NCBI GenBank assembly: GCA_002502095.1 | Contig: DAPJ01000022.1 | Coordinates: 1,149 to 65,148 of the forward strand | Source: Euryarchaeota archaeon UBA62 | GTDB taxonomy: Archaea; Thermoplasmatota; Poseidoniia; Poseidoniales; Thalassarchaeaceae | Length of the DNA stretch: 64,000 nucleotides | Direction: 5' to 3' | Part shown: piece after piece, positions 11,585 through 21,597 of the stretch | How the letters are laid out: the number at the start of each line of letters is the position of its first letter | Numbering within the stretch: the stretch's first letter is position 1 | Position numbers and translations under genes: made by a program | The notes under the pieces: model-generated | Database searches by the model: none | What the model was told of the DNA's origin: nothing | The model's input: only the letters and a program-made list of their open reading frames with translations

Positions 11585-12214
11585 ATGAAGACCACCAATG
11601 TCAATTTCAGATTCTTCTGTATATTTTCCATATTGGCATTTTTGCTATTCTCGATTAATGTGGCTGCTCAGAGTGATACGGGGGACGGAAGGAGTTTCCC
11701 GTTAGTTGTCGTTTTCCTACTCCCCTTCATTGTCCTAGCTTTATTTGGGATAATTTGGGCGATTGTCTATCCGATAATGTTCCTATGGGGGGCAGTATCC
11801 AGCAGTGGAAATGTAGAACGGATGCATGAAGATGCGAATCGAAGGAAAATGTCACTTAGACAGAGAAGGGGAAGAGAGATTCTGAATACCATCGATGGAG
11901 GATATAGGAGAAATGCCTCCAGTGTCGGGCTAGTTCACGCCAACGGTGTGTTCGGACCCAGTCACTGGCATCTAATGATTGGATTCCTCAACAATCTTAT
12001 TGGAGGGAGCGTGACTGTTTTCCAGCAGGTAATATCTGCGGGGAGGGCCGAGGTTATGCAGAGATTACGAGATCAAGCCGAAGCTGAGGGATGGGATGAG
12101 GTCATTAACGTCAGAATAGATACTGCTAACATGACTCCTCAATCATCGAACAGTAAGAATACTGTCAGAGGAGTGGAGATTTTTGCATATGGTACCGGAA
12201 TTAAGTACGAGTGA
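11585..12214 (+). CDS. Membrane-anchored protein with a C-terminal YbjQ/DUF74-like domain
   Basis: The internal ATG at 11585 gives MKTTNVNFRFFCIFSILAFLLFSINVAAQ (signal/TM) and a second TM. The C-terminus (NLIGGSVTVFQQVISAGRAEVMQRL...VINVRID...AYGTGIKYE) parallels the upstream paralogue. The track start at 11435 overlaps the previous gene. Confidence 0.65.
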   Translation: MKTTNVNFRFFCIFSILAFLLFSINVAAQSDTGDGRSFPLVVVFLLPFIVLALFGIIWAIVYPIMFLWGAVSSSGNVERMHEDANRRKMSLRQRRGREILNTIDGGYRRNASSVGLVHANGVFGPSHWHLMIGFLNNLIGGSVTVFQQVISAGRAEVMQRLRDQAEAEGWDEVINVRIDTANMTPQSSNSKNTVRGVEIFAYGTGIKYE

Positions 12215-12275
12215 GGGTTGATATCTACTTACTCATACGCAGGCTCCTCGACACGTCCCCTCTGCGGGATACGGA

Positions 12276-13304
12276 GTGGGGATCATCATGCAAGGACACG
12301 TGACCAAGATAGAGCCTAGAATAGCGGCAAAGCTCTCCAAGCAGAAATATCAGCTGGTTGGCGAGCATGGTGGCGTGAAAGTATGCCATTGGACCAAGCA
12401 GAGTCTAATTGCAGATCGTTCTTGCTACAAGGGCACATTCTACGGGATAGAAAGTCACGGGTGTATGCAGATGGCACCAAATGTGGATACATGCAATCTT
12501 GGATGCACCTACTGCTGGAGAGAGCCTCATTCCGATTCTCTCAACAAGATTGACGATGACCCATATGAGTTGTATCTAGAGTCTGTGAAAGCCCACAGAA
12601 GACTTCTGACGGGCTTTGGAGGCAATCCGAAGGCGGACAAGGAGAAGTTTCTTGATGCTCAGAACCCCAAGCATGTTGCTATCTCTCTGAACGGTGAGCC
12701 TACGCTGTATTCAAGATTAGGTGAATTCTTGGAGGTTTGTCACAATCATGGAACGTCCACTTTCCTAGTGACCAATGGGAGCCTCCCGAAGGTAATTGAG
12801 AATCTTGACCCACTGCCCACTCAGCTCTATGTTTCAGTAGATGCCCCTAACAAGGAGATTTTCGACAGGCTATGCAAACCTAAATTCGACCAAGGGGCCT
12901 TTCACAAGCTTGAAGAGACTCTGGAATTATTGCCTAGTCTAGATACGAGAACGGTTTGTAGGCACACGCTGATCAAACACGAGTCTATGGGATTCCACGA
13001 GGACTACGCTAGACTGGATAATATTGCTGATCCTAATTTCATCGAGGCGAAGGGTTATGTCAATGTGGGGAACAGTAGAAACAATCTCTCAATTGAGAAT
13101 ATGCCGACACATCAGGAGATTCTTGAATTCTCTGAAAAGCTGGCACCAATGGTTGGACGGGAGGTTCTTTCAGACAGGAGGGAGAGTAGGGTCGCCCTCA
13201 TAGGAAAGGAGATGATTCCAGTCGAGCTACCCATCGCCAAAACGGAGCTACCAAAGAACCTCGGGATAGCCAAGCCACAGAGGTTCCTACTTCCTCAGGC
13301 TTGA
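12276..13304 (+). CDS. taw1: 4-demethylwyosine synthase (radical SAM, TYW1/Taw1)
   Basis: The radical-SAM cluster motif CNLGCTYCWR, the N-terminal HGGVKVCHWTK and CYKGTFYGIESHGCMQ, and ISLNGEPTLY are typical of archaeal Taw1. Confidence 0.85.
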   Translation: MGIIMQGHVTKIEPRIAAKLSKQKYQLVGEHGGVKVCHWTKQSLIADRSCYKGTFYGIESHGCMQMAPNVDTCNLGCTYCWREPHSDSLNKIDDDPYELYLESVKAHRRLLTGFGGNPKADKEKFLDAQNPKHVAISLNGEPTLYSRLGEFLEVCHNHGTSTFLVTNGSLPKVIENLDPLPTQLYVSVDAPNKEIFDRLCKPKFDQGAFHKLEETLELLPSLDTRTVCRHTLIKHESMGFHEDYARLDNIADPNFIEAKGYVNVGNSRNNLSIENMPTHQEILEFSEKLAPMVGREVLSDRRESRVALIGKEMIPVELPIAKTELPKNLGIAKPQRFLLPQA

Positions 13305-14290
13305 ATCATGGGCCTACTGGAACCACATTCAGGACATAGTTGATCCTTTGAGTCTGAGTAGTCATGATTACAAGCAGGACAGGTTGGTGCTAGCACTCTC
13401 TTAATCTTGGATGACACCTCTATTTTCTCGTCTTCAACCCTCTCCAGCTTCAGGGAATCTCTGTCCGCATCAGGGACATCGAATCTACCCGGCCCACCTA
13501 GCTTTAGAAGGAGGTCTGGAGGTAGTGTTATTGTACCGGTTTCATCTATAATCAGTTCTCTAGTATCTGAGAGATCTGCCATATCGAAATCGGTTCCATG
13601 TTGCGCGACGAACCTTCCGTCTCTAAGCTCTAAGGACCTCTCGCAGAAGTATGCTACGTCCCTGTTGTGAGTCACAAGCAAGAATGCCACATTCTCTTCC
13701 TTATGCAGCCTCTCGAACAGCTCCAGAACCTCTCTGCTGGTTATAGGATCCAATGCACCGGTTGGCTCATCCGCCAGAATTAGCTTTGGGTTGGTTATTA
13801 GTGCCCTAGCTATGGCTACTCGTTGTTGCTCCCCTCCAGAAAGTTGCTCCGGCATTCCCATCCACCTGTCTCCCATCGCTAGTTTCTCAAGTAGCTCCAT
13901 TGCCTTGGCCCTAGCTGGACCTGGCATCACCCCCTGGTGCCTGAGTGGTTGTGCAACATTATCTAACGCATTTAGATCAGGGAGTAAATTTGAGTCTTGG
14001 AAGATGAAAGAGACTGTTTCCTGCCGAAGTTTTACGAGCTCATTACCAGTCATCCTGATCATCTCTCTGCCCCCTAATGAAACCGAACCGGATGATGGTT
14101 TCATTAGCCCACCTAGGCACTTCAGAAGAGTGGACTTACCTGATCCCGAGGGCCCGATTACAGCTACGGCCTCGCCCTCCTTGATTCTGACATTGAGGCC
14201 TCTCAAGGCGACAACGTTCCCCTCGAGACTCAGGCTTTCGTAGATATGGTACATATTTTTGGCTTCCAGAATTACCAAGCTTTCGTCCAT
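13295..14290 (-). CDS. ABC transporter ATP-binding protein (MacB/LolD-like) with a C-terminal extension ending in a zinc ribbon
   Basis: Walker A GPSGSGKST, signature [15 protein letters not shown] and Walker [13 protein letters not shown] are present. An extra ~100 aa ends in CPAC-x13-CPEC. Confidence 0.9.
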   Translation of the reverse strand: MDESLVILEAKNMYHIYESLSLEGNVVALRGLNVRIKEGEAVAVIGPSGSGKSTLLKCLGGLMKPSSGSVSLGGREMIRMTGNELVKLRQETVSFIFQDSNLLPDLNALDNVAQPLRHQGVMPGPARAKAMELLEKLAMGDRWMGMPEQLSGGEQQRVAIARALITNPKLILADEPTGALDPITSREVLELFERLHKEENVAFLLVTHNRDVAYFCERSLELRDGRFVAQHGTDFDMADLSDTRELIIDETGTITLPPDLLLKLGGPGRFDVPDADRDSLKLERVEDEKIEVSSKIKRVLAPTCPACNHDYSDSKDQLCPECGSSRPMIQA

Positions 14291-14294
14291 TCTA

Positions 14295-17200
14295 TTACTC
14301 CCCCTTCAGAACTATGGCAAGATCGGACTTCAACGCCCTCCTTGTGGTGAAAAGCAATGCTATCACAACAGCGACTAGGACGGAAGCGTTGACGAGTATC
14401 AGCTCAGTCCACGGCCAGACCAAATCTCTATCTATCGGAGCGCTTTGACCTAGGAAAATCTGGAAGATGAATCCAAAGACTCCGAAGAACCCATTGAAAG
14501 CTTCGGATATTGCAAGGCCAAGTATTACTCCCAGTCCCATACTAACTAGCAAGATAGCCATGATTTCAAACAAAACCAGTCTCATTACCTGTTGTGGACT
14601 AGCTCCTATTGCCTGAAGGATGGCTAGTTCTTTCTTCCTCTGCGATAGGACCAGGGAGAGGAATACGAAGGCTGAAGCGATTGATGCTAGAGAAGCTACC
14701 ACGAATTGTAGACTCAGAAGACCTGGGGTTCCAAAGATTAGTCCTCCTGTCCTCTCGTTGGCCTCATGATTCGTTCCCCAGTTACTGGATGATGCCACTC
14801 CAACACCATTGGATACCTCGACTCCTAGTGTCTTCAAAGCGTCCTTACAGTCTTTCTGGGTCTCATCACAAAGTTCGAAGAACCATCGATTGGACGTGTA
14901 AGAATCTACTGCATTTTGACCTAGAAGTTCTTTGTAGGTAGCCTCTCCAATGACTATTGCCTGATTTGCTTCAGAAGATTGTAGTCCTGGGACCCACCTG
15001 TGCCCACCCATGTAGGTAATTTCTACCCCAGTAACAGTAGTAGTGATGATTGGGTTCATGTCGCTGTCTAAACCACCAAAACTGTATGATGTATACTCTA
15101 TGCTTGTGTTGGATCCTATGTCATTTCTAGAGATATCAAGTTGACTTCTGGCAGAAGAACCAGCGGTAAATCCGAAGGATGACCACTGAGCCGATACCAA
15201 ATCAATATCATCCTCTGGGATGGTCTGCTCATCCCATTGGAGAGTATTCTCATGCCCGTCAAATAGAATCCAGGTCCTAAGGAGAGAGCCTTCCCCTTTC
15301 TGGTTGGTGAATATGTCACCCACTGAAGTCACATAGTCTATTGAGTCGATCTCGGACTCTCCAGCCCTCTGGATTGCCAGAGTCACTTCTTCCATTGCAC
15401 GTTGCTGGGAAACCGGCTCTTCAAACTGAACCTGTAGGTCTGCACCTGTCTGAGCCGAGGTTGTCCTCTCATCTACTAATGTACCAGTGTACCCCTGTAC
15501 AGCGGCCACTGTTACTATCGACAGTGTTAGTAGAAGGATTATTGCTAGCCTGTTCACTGACTCGCTTGATCCAGATCCCTTCAGTCCTCTCTTGATATCA
15601 GTTAGGACCGGGCTCCAGCCGAACAGAGTGGTGAAAATCCTTGGTCCGGACGCGCCGATCCTTCCCAGTACTAGTGCACCCCCTATCCATAGGAAGAATG
15701 GGCCAAAGAGGAATAACAGTCCGTCTACGATGAAGTTTGAGCTAAATCCATCATCGGTAATTGGTCCGAAGCCCCCATTGCTTTCTATCCAACTCTCGAG
15801 GAATGAGAGGATTCCAACAAAGAATATTATCAGATGTAGCCATAGCCTTGACTTCTTTCTTGTGGCGACTCTCCTTACTCCCTCATCGATTTCAATGCTG
15901 AGGAAGTCTTTGGTCCTGGAGTTTCCGAACAATAGGGTAAGCCCCACGGTTACCGTGAATATAAGGAGAGTAACGAGGCCACTAAGGGTTGGAACGACTC
16001 TGAAGTCGCTTCTCTCGAATGCCATGAATCCGACAGCATCCAGAACAACTGGAACCGAGGCCATCGCTAGGAGGTATCCCGTAAACCACCCAATGACGCC
16101 CACCACAGCCAGTTCCCTGAGTATCATAGAGGTCAGGCCAGACTCCGTTCCTCCGATTACCCTGTGAATCGAAATCTCCCTTCTCCTCTGTTCCAATGAT
16201 AGGACTAGGCCATAAATGAGGACTGAGAACGAAAGGACGACTATCGGTATCATCAGTATGTAATCGAACACGCTGATTATCCCGAGGAAAATGTTCAGGA
16301 AGCCTATCGTTCCCGAAATCAGATCATTGTACTCAATCATTATGTCATTACCAGCTGTGTAGTTTACTCCTTCGATATCCCCTTTCAGACCGTCTAACCA
16401 ATCTGTGGCTGCCCTGGTGGAAGACGCGGGGAGCTCGTTTCTATCTATGGCGATACCGAGATAACCGTGGTCATTGTTCATCAGAGTGAGCTTCTGATCC
16501 TCAGTAAGTACCGAATCTGATACCATTATTGGGTTGAAAAGCAAAGTGGGGTTTCCCGCTCCTCCTTCTTGATAAACCGCGACAACCTTCAGGTCGTATA
16601 CCGTCATGTTCACCTGACAGTAGAGGTATCCTGATTCTTGGTTGAAGTACTCCTCACCGGGACAGTCATCGAAACCTGTGGCAATGGATGCGAATCCGAG
16701 ATAATCGTAGGTGTAGGTGAAAGTCAGAGTATCTATGGTGTCGTTGACACCTACCCCTGCCTTACTAGCGATCTCTGAAGGGAGGATGATAGAGCGATTT
16801 GCAGATGCTTCCTCGCCGGAGCTCGGCCATGAACCATATATCACTCGATTGGCATGTCGTTCGCCCAAATCTCCGTCCCATATACCGTCTCCATAGAATC
16901 TAATCGTCCTCTTGTCATTGATTGGCGGTCCTGAGTCGTATGCCTCTGGGTAGTCCCAACTGACATTAGTCCAGTCCCCAATGGTTCCTGTTGCGTCCAC
17001 TGCATTGAGTGGTTGTGGAATTATACCTCCCTCATCAAAGAACCCGTTGACCCTGACTCCCTGTCTCCCAAACACTAGGCCACAATCAGAAATCTCTTCC
17101 ATCTCTATCAACTCGGAGCAAGCTGACTCCCATAATGTTGAGTCGTTCGTCCTGCCCTCTGAATCTGGATCGGGGTCTTCTGCAAAGTCCACCTTGCCAT

Positions 17201-17888
17201 CGAATATCTCCTCTTGGAGAGAGAACTGTAGGAATGCCCCACTGAGGCCTGCCGAGTAGGCTAGGACTGTTGTGATTACGAGTGAAGCTAGGAATACTCC
17301 TGCGAAAACTGCGAGGACCCTTTCTCTACCAATCCAAGCGCTTCTTGCGGACATAGACAAATTATCTGGAATTGCAGAAATAATCTCACGCATAGAGGCT
17401 TCTATGGGAGCATTTGTAGGTACAGCGCCATACTTGTTTTTGCTTGATTCTCCCTCTAAAAAGAGGAAGAAGCCAATAATGAGCAACCCTAGAACTGTGG
17501 GGGATAGAAGTAGCCACCAACCAGACCTACCTACATCATGCAACCTACGTATAGTAACCGTTGTGAACGAAAAGAACAAGAATAGTTGTAGAAAAACGAG
17601 TAGATATAGCAGTGGCCCAATGATTAGAGTAGTAAACAATCCACTCCCTGCTGATTCCGCTACATCAGATAAGGCACCAGTGTAGAAGAAATTTACAATC
17701 ACTAGGCCCGGTGCAAGAGGTAGGTAGTCGAGAAAGTTCCACCAGAATTCAGATCTCGATGCTCTTCCGCTAAAATCTCCTGTCTTGACAAGACCTGTTT
17801 TTATTGCCTCAAGATAGGTCATGGACCTAGTGGGTCTGTGACTTTCTTGGTAGTAGAGATCCATCAGGGATTGCCCCCTACTCCCCAT
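14295..17888 (-). CDS. Giant ABC permease: N-terminal DUF805 module fused to a double FtsX/MacB-type permease with large extracytoplasmic domains
   Basis: The DUF805 signatures GRASRSEFWWNF and RRLHDVGRSGWWLLL...NKYG are present (nt about 17423-17798). Two 4-TM FtsX-like blocks (e.g. ELAILQAIGASPQQV) follow. Both neighbours are ATPase genes and adjoin it closely: a 25-nt overlap upstream and a 4-nt gap downstream. Confidence 0.8.
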   Translation of the reverse strand: MGSRGQSLMDLYYQESHRPTRSMTYLEAIKTGLVKTGDFSGRASRSEFWWNFLDYLPLAPGLVIVNFFYTGALSDVAESAGSGLFTTLIIGPLLYLLVFLQLFLFFSFTTVTIRRLHDVGRSGWWLLLSPTVLGLLIIGFFLFLEGESSKNKYGAVPTNAPIEASMREIISAIPDNLSMSARSAWIGRERVLAVFAGVFLASLVITTVLAYSAGLSGAFLQFSLQEEIFDGKVDFAEDPDPDSEGRTNDSTLWESACSELIEMEEISDCGLVFGRQGVRVNGFFDEGGIIPQPLNAVDATGTIGDWTNVSWDYPEAYDSGPPINDKRTIRFYGDGIWDGDLGERHANRVIYGSWPSSGEEASANRSIILPSEIASKAGVGVNDTIDTLTFTYTYDYLGFASIATGFDDCPGEEYFNQESGYLYCQVNMTVYDLKVVAVYQEGGAGNPTLLFNPIMVSDSVLTEDQKLTLMNNDHGYLGIAIDRNELPASSTRAATDWLDGLKGDIEGVNYTAGNDIMIEYNDLISGTIGFLNIFLGIISVFDYILMIPIVVLSFSVLIYGLVLSLEQRRREISIHRVIGGTESGLTSMILRELAVVGVIGWFTGYLLAMASVPVVLDAVGFMAFERSDFRVVPTLSGLVTLLIFTVTVGLTLLFGNSRTKDFLSIEIDEGVRRVATRKKSRLWLHLIIFFVGILSFLESWIESNGGFGPITDDGFSSNFIVDGLLFLFGPFFLWIGGALVLGRIGASGPRIFTTLFGWSPVLTDIKRGLKGSGSSESVNRLAIILLLTLSIVTVAAVQGYTGTLVDERTTSAQTGADLQVQFEEPVSQQRAMEEVTLAIQRAGESEIDSIDYVTSVGDIFTNQKGEGSLLRTWILFDGHENTLQWDEQTIPEDDIDLVSAQWSSFGFTAGSSARSQLDISRNDIGSNTSIEYTSYSFGGLDSDMNPIITTTVTGVEITYMGGHRWVPGLQSSEANQAIVIGEATYKELLGQNAVDSYTSNRWFFELCDETQKDCKDALKTLGVEVSNGVGVASSSNWGTNHEANERTGGLIFGTPGLLSLQFVVASLASIASAFVFLSLVLSQRKKELAILQAIGASPQQVMRLVLFEIMAILLVSMGLGVILGLAISEAFNGFFGVFGFIFQIFLGQSAPIDRDLVWPWTELILVNASVLVAVVIALLFTTRRALKSDLAIVLKGE

Positions 17889-18568
17889 GCAGAGCGTATG
17901 TCTGAAGCGGCGGTTACTCCGTCCCTCAGGAGAAGCATCCTATCTGCCTTGGACGCAAGATTGGGGTCGTGAGTGACCATTAGTACGGAAATTCCGTAGT
18001 CCTCGCAGAGTTCCTTGAACAGATCGAGTATCCCCTCAGCGCTCTTGACATCAAGATTCCCAGTTGGCTCATCGGCTAGAATTAGGGGTCTGGAGCCAGA
18101 AATTGCCCTAGCTATGGCCACTCTCTGCCTCTGTCCACCAGAAAGCTGGTCGGGGATGAAGTTCATCCTGTCAGACAGGCCCACCTTCCTGAGGGCATCC
18201 ATTGCCTGACTCTCTGCTTGAGAGGACGGTACGCCAGAGAGCTCGAGTGCGAAAATGACATTGTCCAAGGCAGATAGCCTATCCACCAGATGGAAGTCCT
18301 GGAAAATCCATCCCACGCCTTTCCTCCTAACATCTACGACTCTGCTCGGAGGATAAGTACCATACTCGAACTCAGTAAGGGAAATGGAACCTGAATCGGC
18401 CTCCAAGAGGCCACCTATGATATTCAACAGAGTGGACTTCCCACATCCGGAAGGCCCCATAAGAGCTACGAGCTCTCCGGATTCAATCTTGAGGTCTATT
18501 CCCTTCAGGACCTCAAGTCTCCTCCTGCCAGAGCCGAAGCCCTTCTTTAGCCCGTTGACCTCCAGCAT
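17864..18568 (-). CDS. ABC transporter ATP-binding protein (MacB/LolD-like)
   Basis: Walker [10 protein letters not shown], signature [15 protein letters not shown] and Walker [13 protein letters not shown] are present. Confidence 0.9.
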   Translation of the reverse strand: MLEVNGLKKGFGSGRRRLEVLKGIDLKIESGELVALMGPSGCGKSTLLNIIGGLLEADSGSISLTEFEYGTYPPSRVVDVRRKGVGWIFQDFHLVDRLSALDNVIFALELSGVPSSQAESQAMDALRKVGLSDRMNFIPDQLSGGQRQRVAIARAISGSRPLILADEPTGNLDVKSAEGILDLFKELCEDYGISVLMVTHDPNLASKADRMLLLRDGVTAASDIRSAWGVGGNP

Positions 18569-18632
18569 GGACTATCGAGAATTGGCGAGTTTATAATCAG
18601 TGGTTGTCCATGAACCAACCTATTTCAGTTGG

Positions 18633-19721
18633 TCATTTATTCAGTGCATCGCTGTATGCTTCAGCGAGTGAGACGCCTTGAGATTTTGGACTTAGGAGGT
18701 TCTCTATGTGATTCATCAATTCCTCTGAGGGATGTCTAGGGACTCCTCCCGCGGCCCTCCACTCTGAGTGGATTCGGACTATCTCATCCACCCAATCCTG
18801 AGTAGCGGTAGCTGGAAGGAGGCACCTGCTGGGAATTATTTCATTATGAGCCGGAAGGTCTGATGCTATGACTGGGCAACCGGCGGCCATTGCCTCAGCC
18901 GGGGGGTATCCGAATCCTTCACTAGCACTGGGGAAGAGTAGGACCTCCGCGCTCTGTAGAGCGGCCAGTAATTGATCATCGGTAAGCTTGACCTCGCTTC
19001 CGATGTGAATCGTATTGATATCTTTCGAAACCTCATCGGGTAATGAAGATATCACCTTTTTAGCGAAGTTTAGCCTTTTCCTCTCTTCATTACTTCCCAG
19101 GGTTACTACCAACATCTTGGATTCACTATCAAACTCCCCTAGAAGCTCTCGTGGTTTGGGATTTGATAACGGACTCCAATATTCAGTGTCTATCTGGTGT
19201 CTTACAAGAGCCGTTTTCTTTCTAGGAAACATCCTCCTGACATCCATTAGAGTACTTTCAGAGATGCAAATTATCATATCCGCCCTCTCTAAGCCCTTCT
19301 TCAGCATCTTCAAGTCTCTTCTTCTGAAAATACCTGGATTTTGTTCTCCGACTGATACAGTAACATCTCCCCCGATTATCTTCCTAGGACTAATATGGAA
19401 GAGGTCATGAACTGTGACTATTACCGGTACTGGACAGTTCTTGGGAACCAGATGAGCCTGTTCCTGGTCAGTAATGTGGATAATATCTGCAGGTGTGGAT
19501 TCAGATAATTTTGTCACTGACCTAGGATGAGTATACCATCTCTTTACTGCTCTTTGGACAAGCCCGGTTACTTGTTCGTGCTCAATGGTTCCGACTTTAG
19601 TCCACTGCGGTACGAGCGCCTTTTCCAATAATGACTCGATCGCCTGATGAGCTCTGCCTAAGCCTGAGTTCTCAGCGAGGCGCCCACCTCTGACTAGCAG
19701 AACTCTGCTCACCATGGCCAC
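18633..19721 (-). CDS. Glycosyltransferase, GT-B fold (GT4-like)
   Basis: The C-terminal motif LLFPSASEGFGYPPAEAMAAGCPVIASD is the E-x7-E region of GT4. Confidence 0.75.
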   Translation of the reverse strand: MAMVSRVLLVRGGRLAENSGLGRAHQAIESLLEKALVPQWTKVGTIEHEQVTGLVQRAVKRWYTHPRSVTKLSESTPADIIHITDQEQAHLVPKNCPVPVIVTVHDLFHISPRKIIGGDVTVSVGEQNPGIFRRRDLKMLKKGLERADMIICISESTLMDVRRMFPRKKTALVRHQIDTEYWSPLSNPKPRELLGEFDSESKMLVVTLGSNEERKRLNFAKKVISSLPDEVSKDINTIHIGSEVKLTDDQLLAALQSAEVLLFPSASEGFGYPPAEAMAAGCPVIASDLPAHNEIIPSRCLLPATATQDWVDEIVRIHSEWRAAGGVPRHPSEELMNHIENLLSPKSQGVSLAEAYSDALNK

Positions 19722-19765
19722 ACCAAGGCGTATCGGACTTAAACGAGGACGGAGGATGGAGGTTC

Positions 19766-21001
19766 ATGGCGCGTAATGGCGAGGGGGTAGGTAGGGCCCG
19801 AGCCAGATTACTCGTTGCCAAGGGTAGCTTCTCCGCTATGGGGGGAGCTGAAAGGGATATTATCAGGAACCTTCCCGCTCTATCGAAGAAATTCGAGGTT
19901 TCTGTGGCTACTCTTGACAGTGCTCAACAGCTCGACTCGATATGTGAAGAATATGGCATTAAACTAATGAAGCCGGATATTTATTGGGAGCCCCCTCGAG
20001 AGGCTGTATCCAGGATATTGAATAAAGAGTACTCCAGTTCTTTGCAGAGTTGGAAATCAGTCGTAGGGCTAGTTGAGAGTTTTGTCGGTTTAGACTATGT
20101 TCACCTGACCAGTGGTGACGGGAGCCTGTCCATGTTGGAAATTATTCCTGATGGTATTTCTTTGCATTTACACCTTCTTGAACCGCATCGAGGCCTTCAT
20201 GAGGATGTCTTACATCGGATGATAGATGGAACCCCAAGACGTAGCCTTAGCTTGACTAGGGCGGCTTTGAGCATGGCTAGAAGAAAGGACCTGTCTAAGA
20301 TAAGGATGCTTTCATCTAGGCATAGGACTGCAATCAGCGGGAATTCAAAGTTCACATCCTCGAGGATCGGTGATGTGTATGGAATTCCATCGGGGGTGTT
20401 GCCTCCCAGTTTAGATCCCGAAGAGTTTCCCTCTGAATCCCCAAGTTCAGAGTCATCTTCCCTGGTTGGAATCGGGGGACCGTATGTAGTAACCATAGGA
20501 AGGGCGAGTTGGGTGAAAGGAACTTGGGAGACTATTTCCATGCTGAAAGATAGTGGTTTGTCCCTTGTATTGGTAGGAGGAGGAGAAAAGGAGTCTATTG
20601 ATTCATTGATTGAACATGCGAAATCGAGCAAGGTGGGAATTTGGGTAGCTCCGAGACTTGAGTCGCCCGAACTTTGTAGTCTTATTAGGGGGGCAGTCGC
20701 GGTAGTCAGCATGGCCCATTCAGAACCTTTCGGACTTACTCCAATAGAGGCCCAGTCCCTAGGTACGCCTGCCCTTTTCGTGGATGAGGGCGGGTTCAGA
20801 GAGACAATAACTGATGGATTTTCAGGTAGGCTTCTTCCCAGGGATGACTACTCAGCATGGCATACGGCTCTTGAAGAAGCCAAAGACACTCAGAATCGCT
20901 CCTTATGGTCAGAGAACGGAAGAGCGAGCATTTCCAATATGGGGTTAAATCCTGAGGTTTTTTCCACTAGACTTGAGGAGATATTCCTGAGCCTAGAATA
21001 A
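19766..21001 (+). CDS. Glycosyltransferase, GT-B fold (GT4-like)
   Basis: SMAHSEPFGLTPIEAQSLGTPALFVDEGGFRETI is a GT4 E-x7-E region. The gene is divergent from the previous glycosyltransferase. Confidence 0.75.
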   Translation: MARNGEGVGRARARLLVAKGSFSAMGGAERDIIRNLPALSKKFEVSVATLDSAQQLDSICEEYGIKLMKPDIYWEPPREAVSRILNKEYSSSLQSWKSVVGLVESFVGLDYVHLTSGDGSLSMLEIIPDGISLHLHLLEPHRGLHEDVLHRMIDGTPRRSLSLTRAALSMARRKDLSKIRMLSSRHRTAISGNSKFTSSRIGDVYGIPSGVLPPSLDPEEFPSESPSSESSSLVGIGGPYVVTIGRASWVKGTWETISMLKDSGLSLVLVGGGEKESIDSLIEHAKSSKVGIWVAPRLESPELCSLIRGAVAVVSMAHSEPFGLTPIEAQSLGTPALFVDEGGFRETITDGFSGRLLPRDDYSAWHTALEEAKDTQNRSLWSENGRASISNMGLNPEVFSTRLEEIFLSLE

Positions 21002-21003
21002 TA

Positions 21004-21597
21004 TTATTCTATCCTAGCGATCTTCGGTAGAGTGAATCTAAAAACCAGTGCTGAGGACGTTATTCCTAGGATTAACAAGGACGCGGAAGCCCAAAGTGGC
21101 AGTATCGCAGCGGTTTCAGTAGGGAGCCAGAAAGGGAAGACGTCGAACAGCGACTCTCCTCTAACTATTTTACCTCCGATAGATGATGCCATGGAAGTCA
21201 TCAGAAATGCAAAACCTGCTGTAGTGGACTGGAGAATCGCCAGAGGCCTCTCTTCCCACAACCCCGGACCCATCCTGATCCTTCCAATGACGAAAGCGCT
21301 CCAGAAGCCCAGAGCAAGCCCGCTGTAGACGAACTTATTGTACAGAAGTGCACTTTCTGCTTGGCCATCGGCCGCAATATTTCCACTGAGAATGGCTATC
21401 GGGAGAAAAATTAGAGCCAACACAGAGCCAGCCAGGGATGCTCTGTCCATCGTAACCATCAGAGATTCATTATTGATTTCTGAGGAGGGGAGTATCAGAG
21501 ACACTGAGCAACCTATAGCGCATAGAGTGGCCAGAACCATGGAGCCGACTACAATCTCCGCCATGGCAGTGTGGAACGTTGCAGCACCTACCATCAT
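21004..21597 (-). CDS. Polytopic membrane protein (about 5-6 TM), last gene of the secreted-protein operon
   Basis: Hydrophobic throughout. Its start overlaps the upstream stop by 4 nt. Confidence 0.55.
   Translation of the reverse strand: MMVGAATFHTAMAEIVVGSMVLATLCAIGCSVSLILPSSEINNESLMVTMDRASLAGSVLALIFLPIAILSGNIAADGQAESALLYNKFVYSGLALGFWSAFVIGRIRMGPGLWEERPLAILQSTTAGFAFLMTSMASSIGGKIVRGESLFDVFPFWLPTETAAILPLWASASLLILGITSSALVFRFTLPKIARIE

Noticed and set aside
15487-16167. Long antisense ORFs inside verified genes, e.g. 15487..16167(+), 13791..14243(+), 5230..5700(-), 20197..20712(-), 21760..22188(+), 37894..38268(-) and 60594..60989(-)
   Set aside because: Each lies opposite a gene with strong family motifs. 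They are Ser/Pro/Leu-rich with low-complexity composition typical of antisense frames. None shows independent start or SD evidence.
21004-21597. The membrane protein of the secreted-protein operon as a b-type cytochrome, by analogy with reeler/DOMON plus cytochrome b561
   Set aside because: The protein contains a single His (His9), which is incompatible with bis-His ligation of two b hemes.
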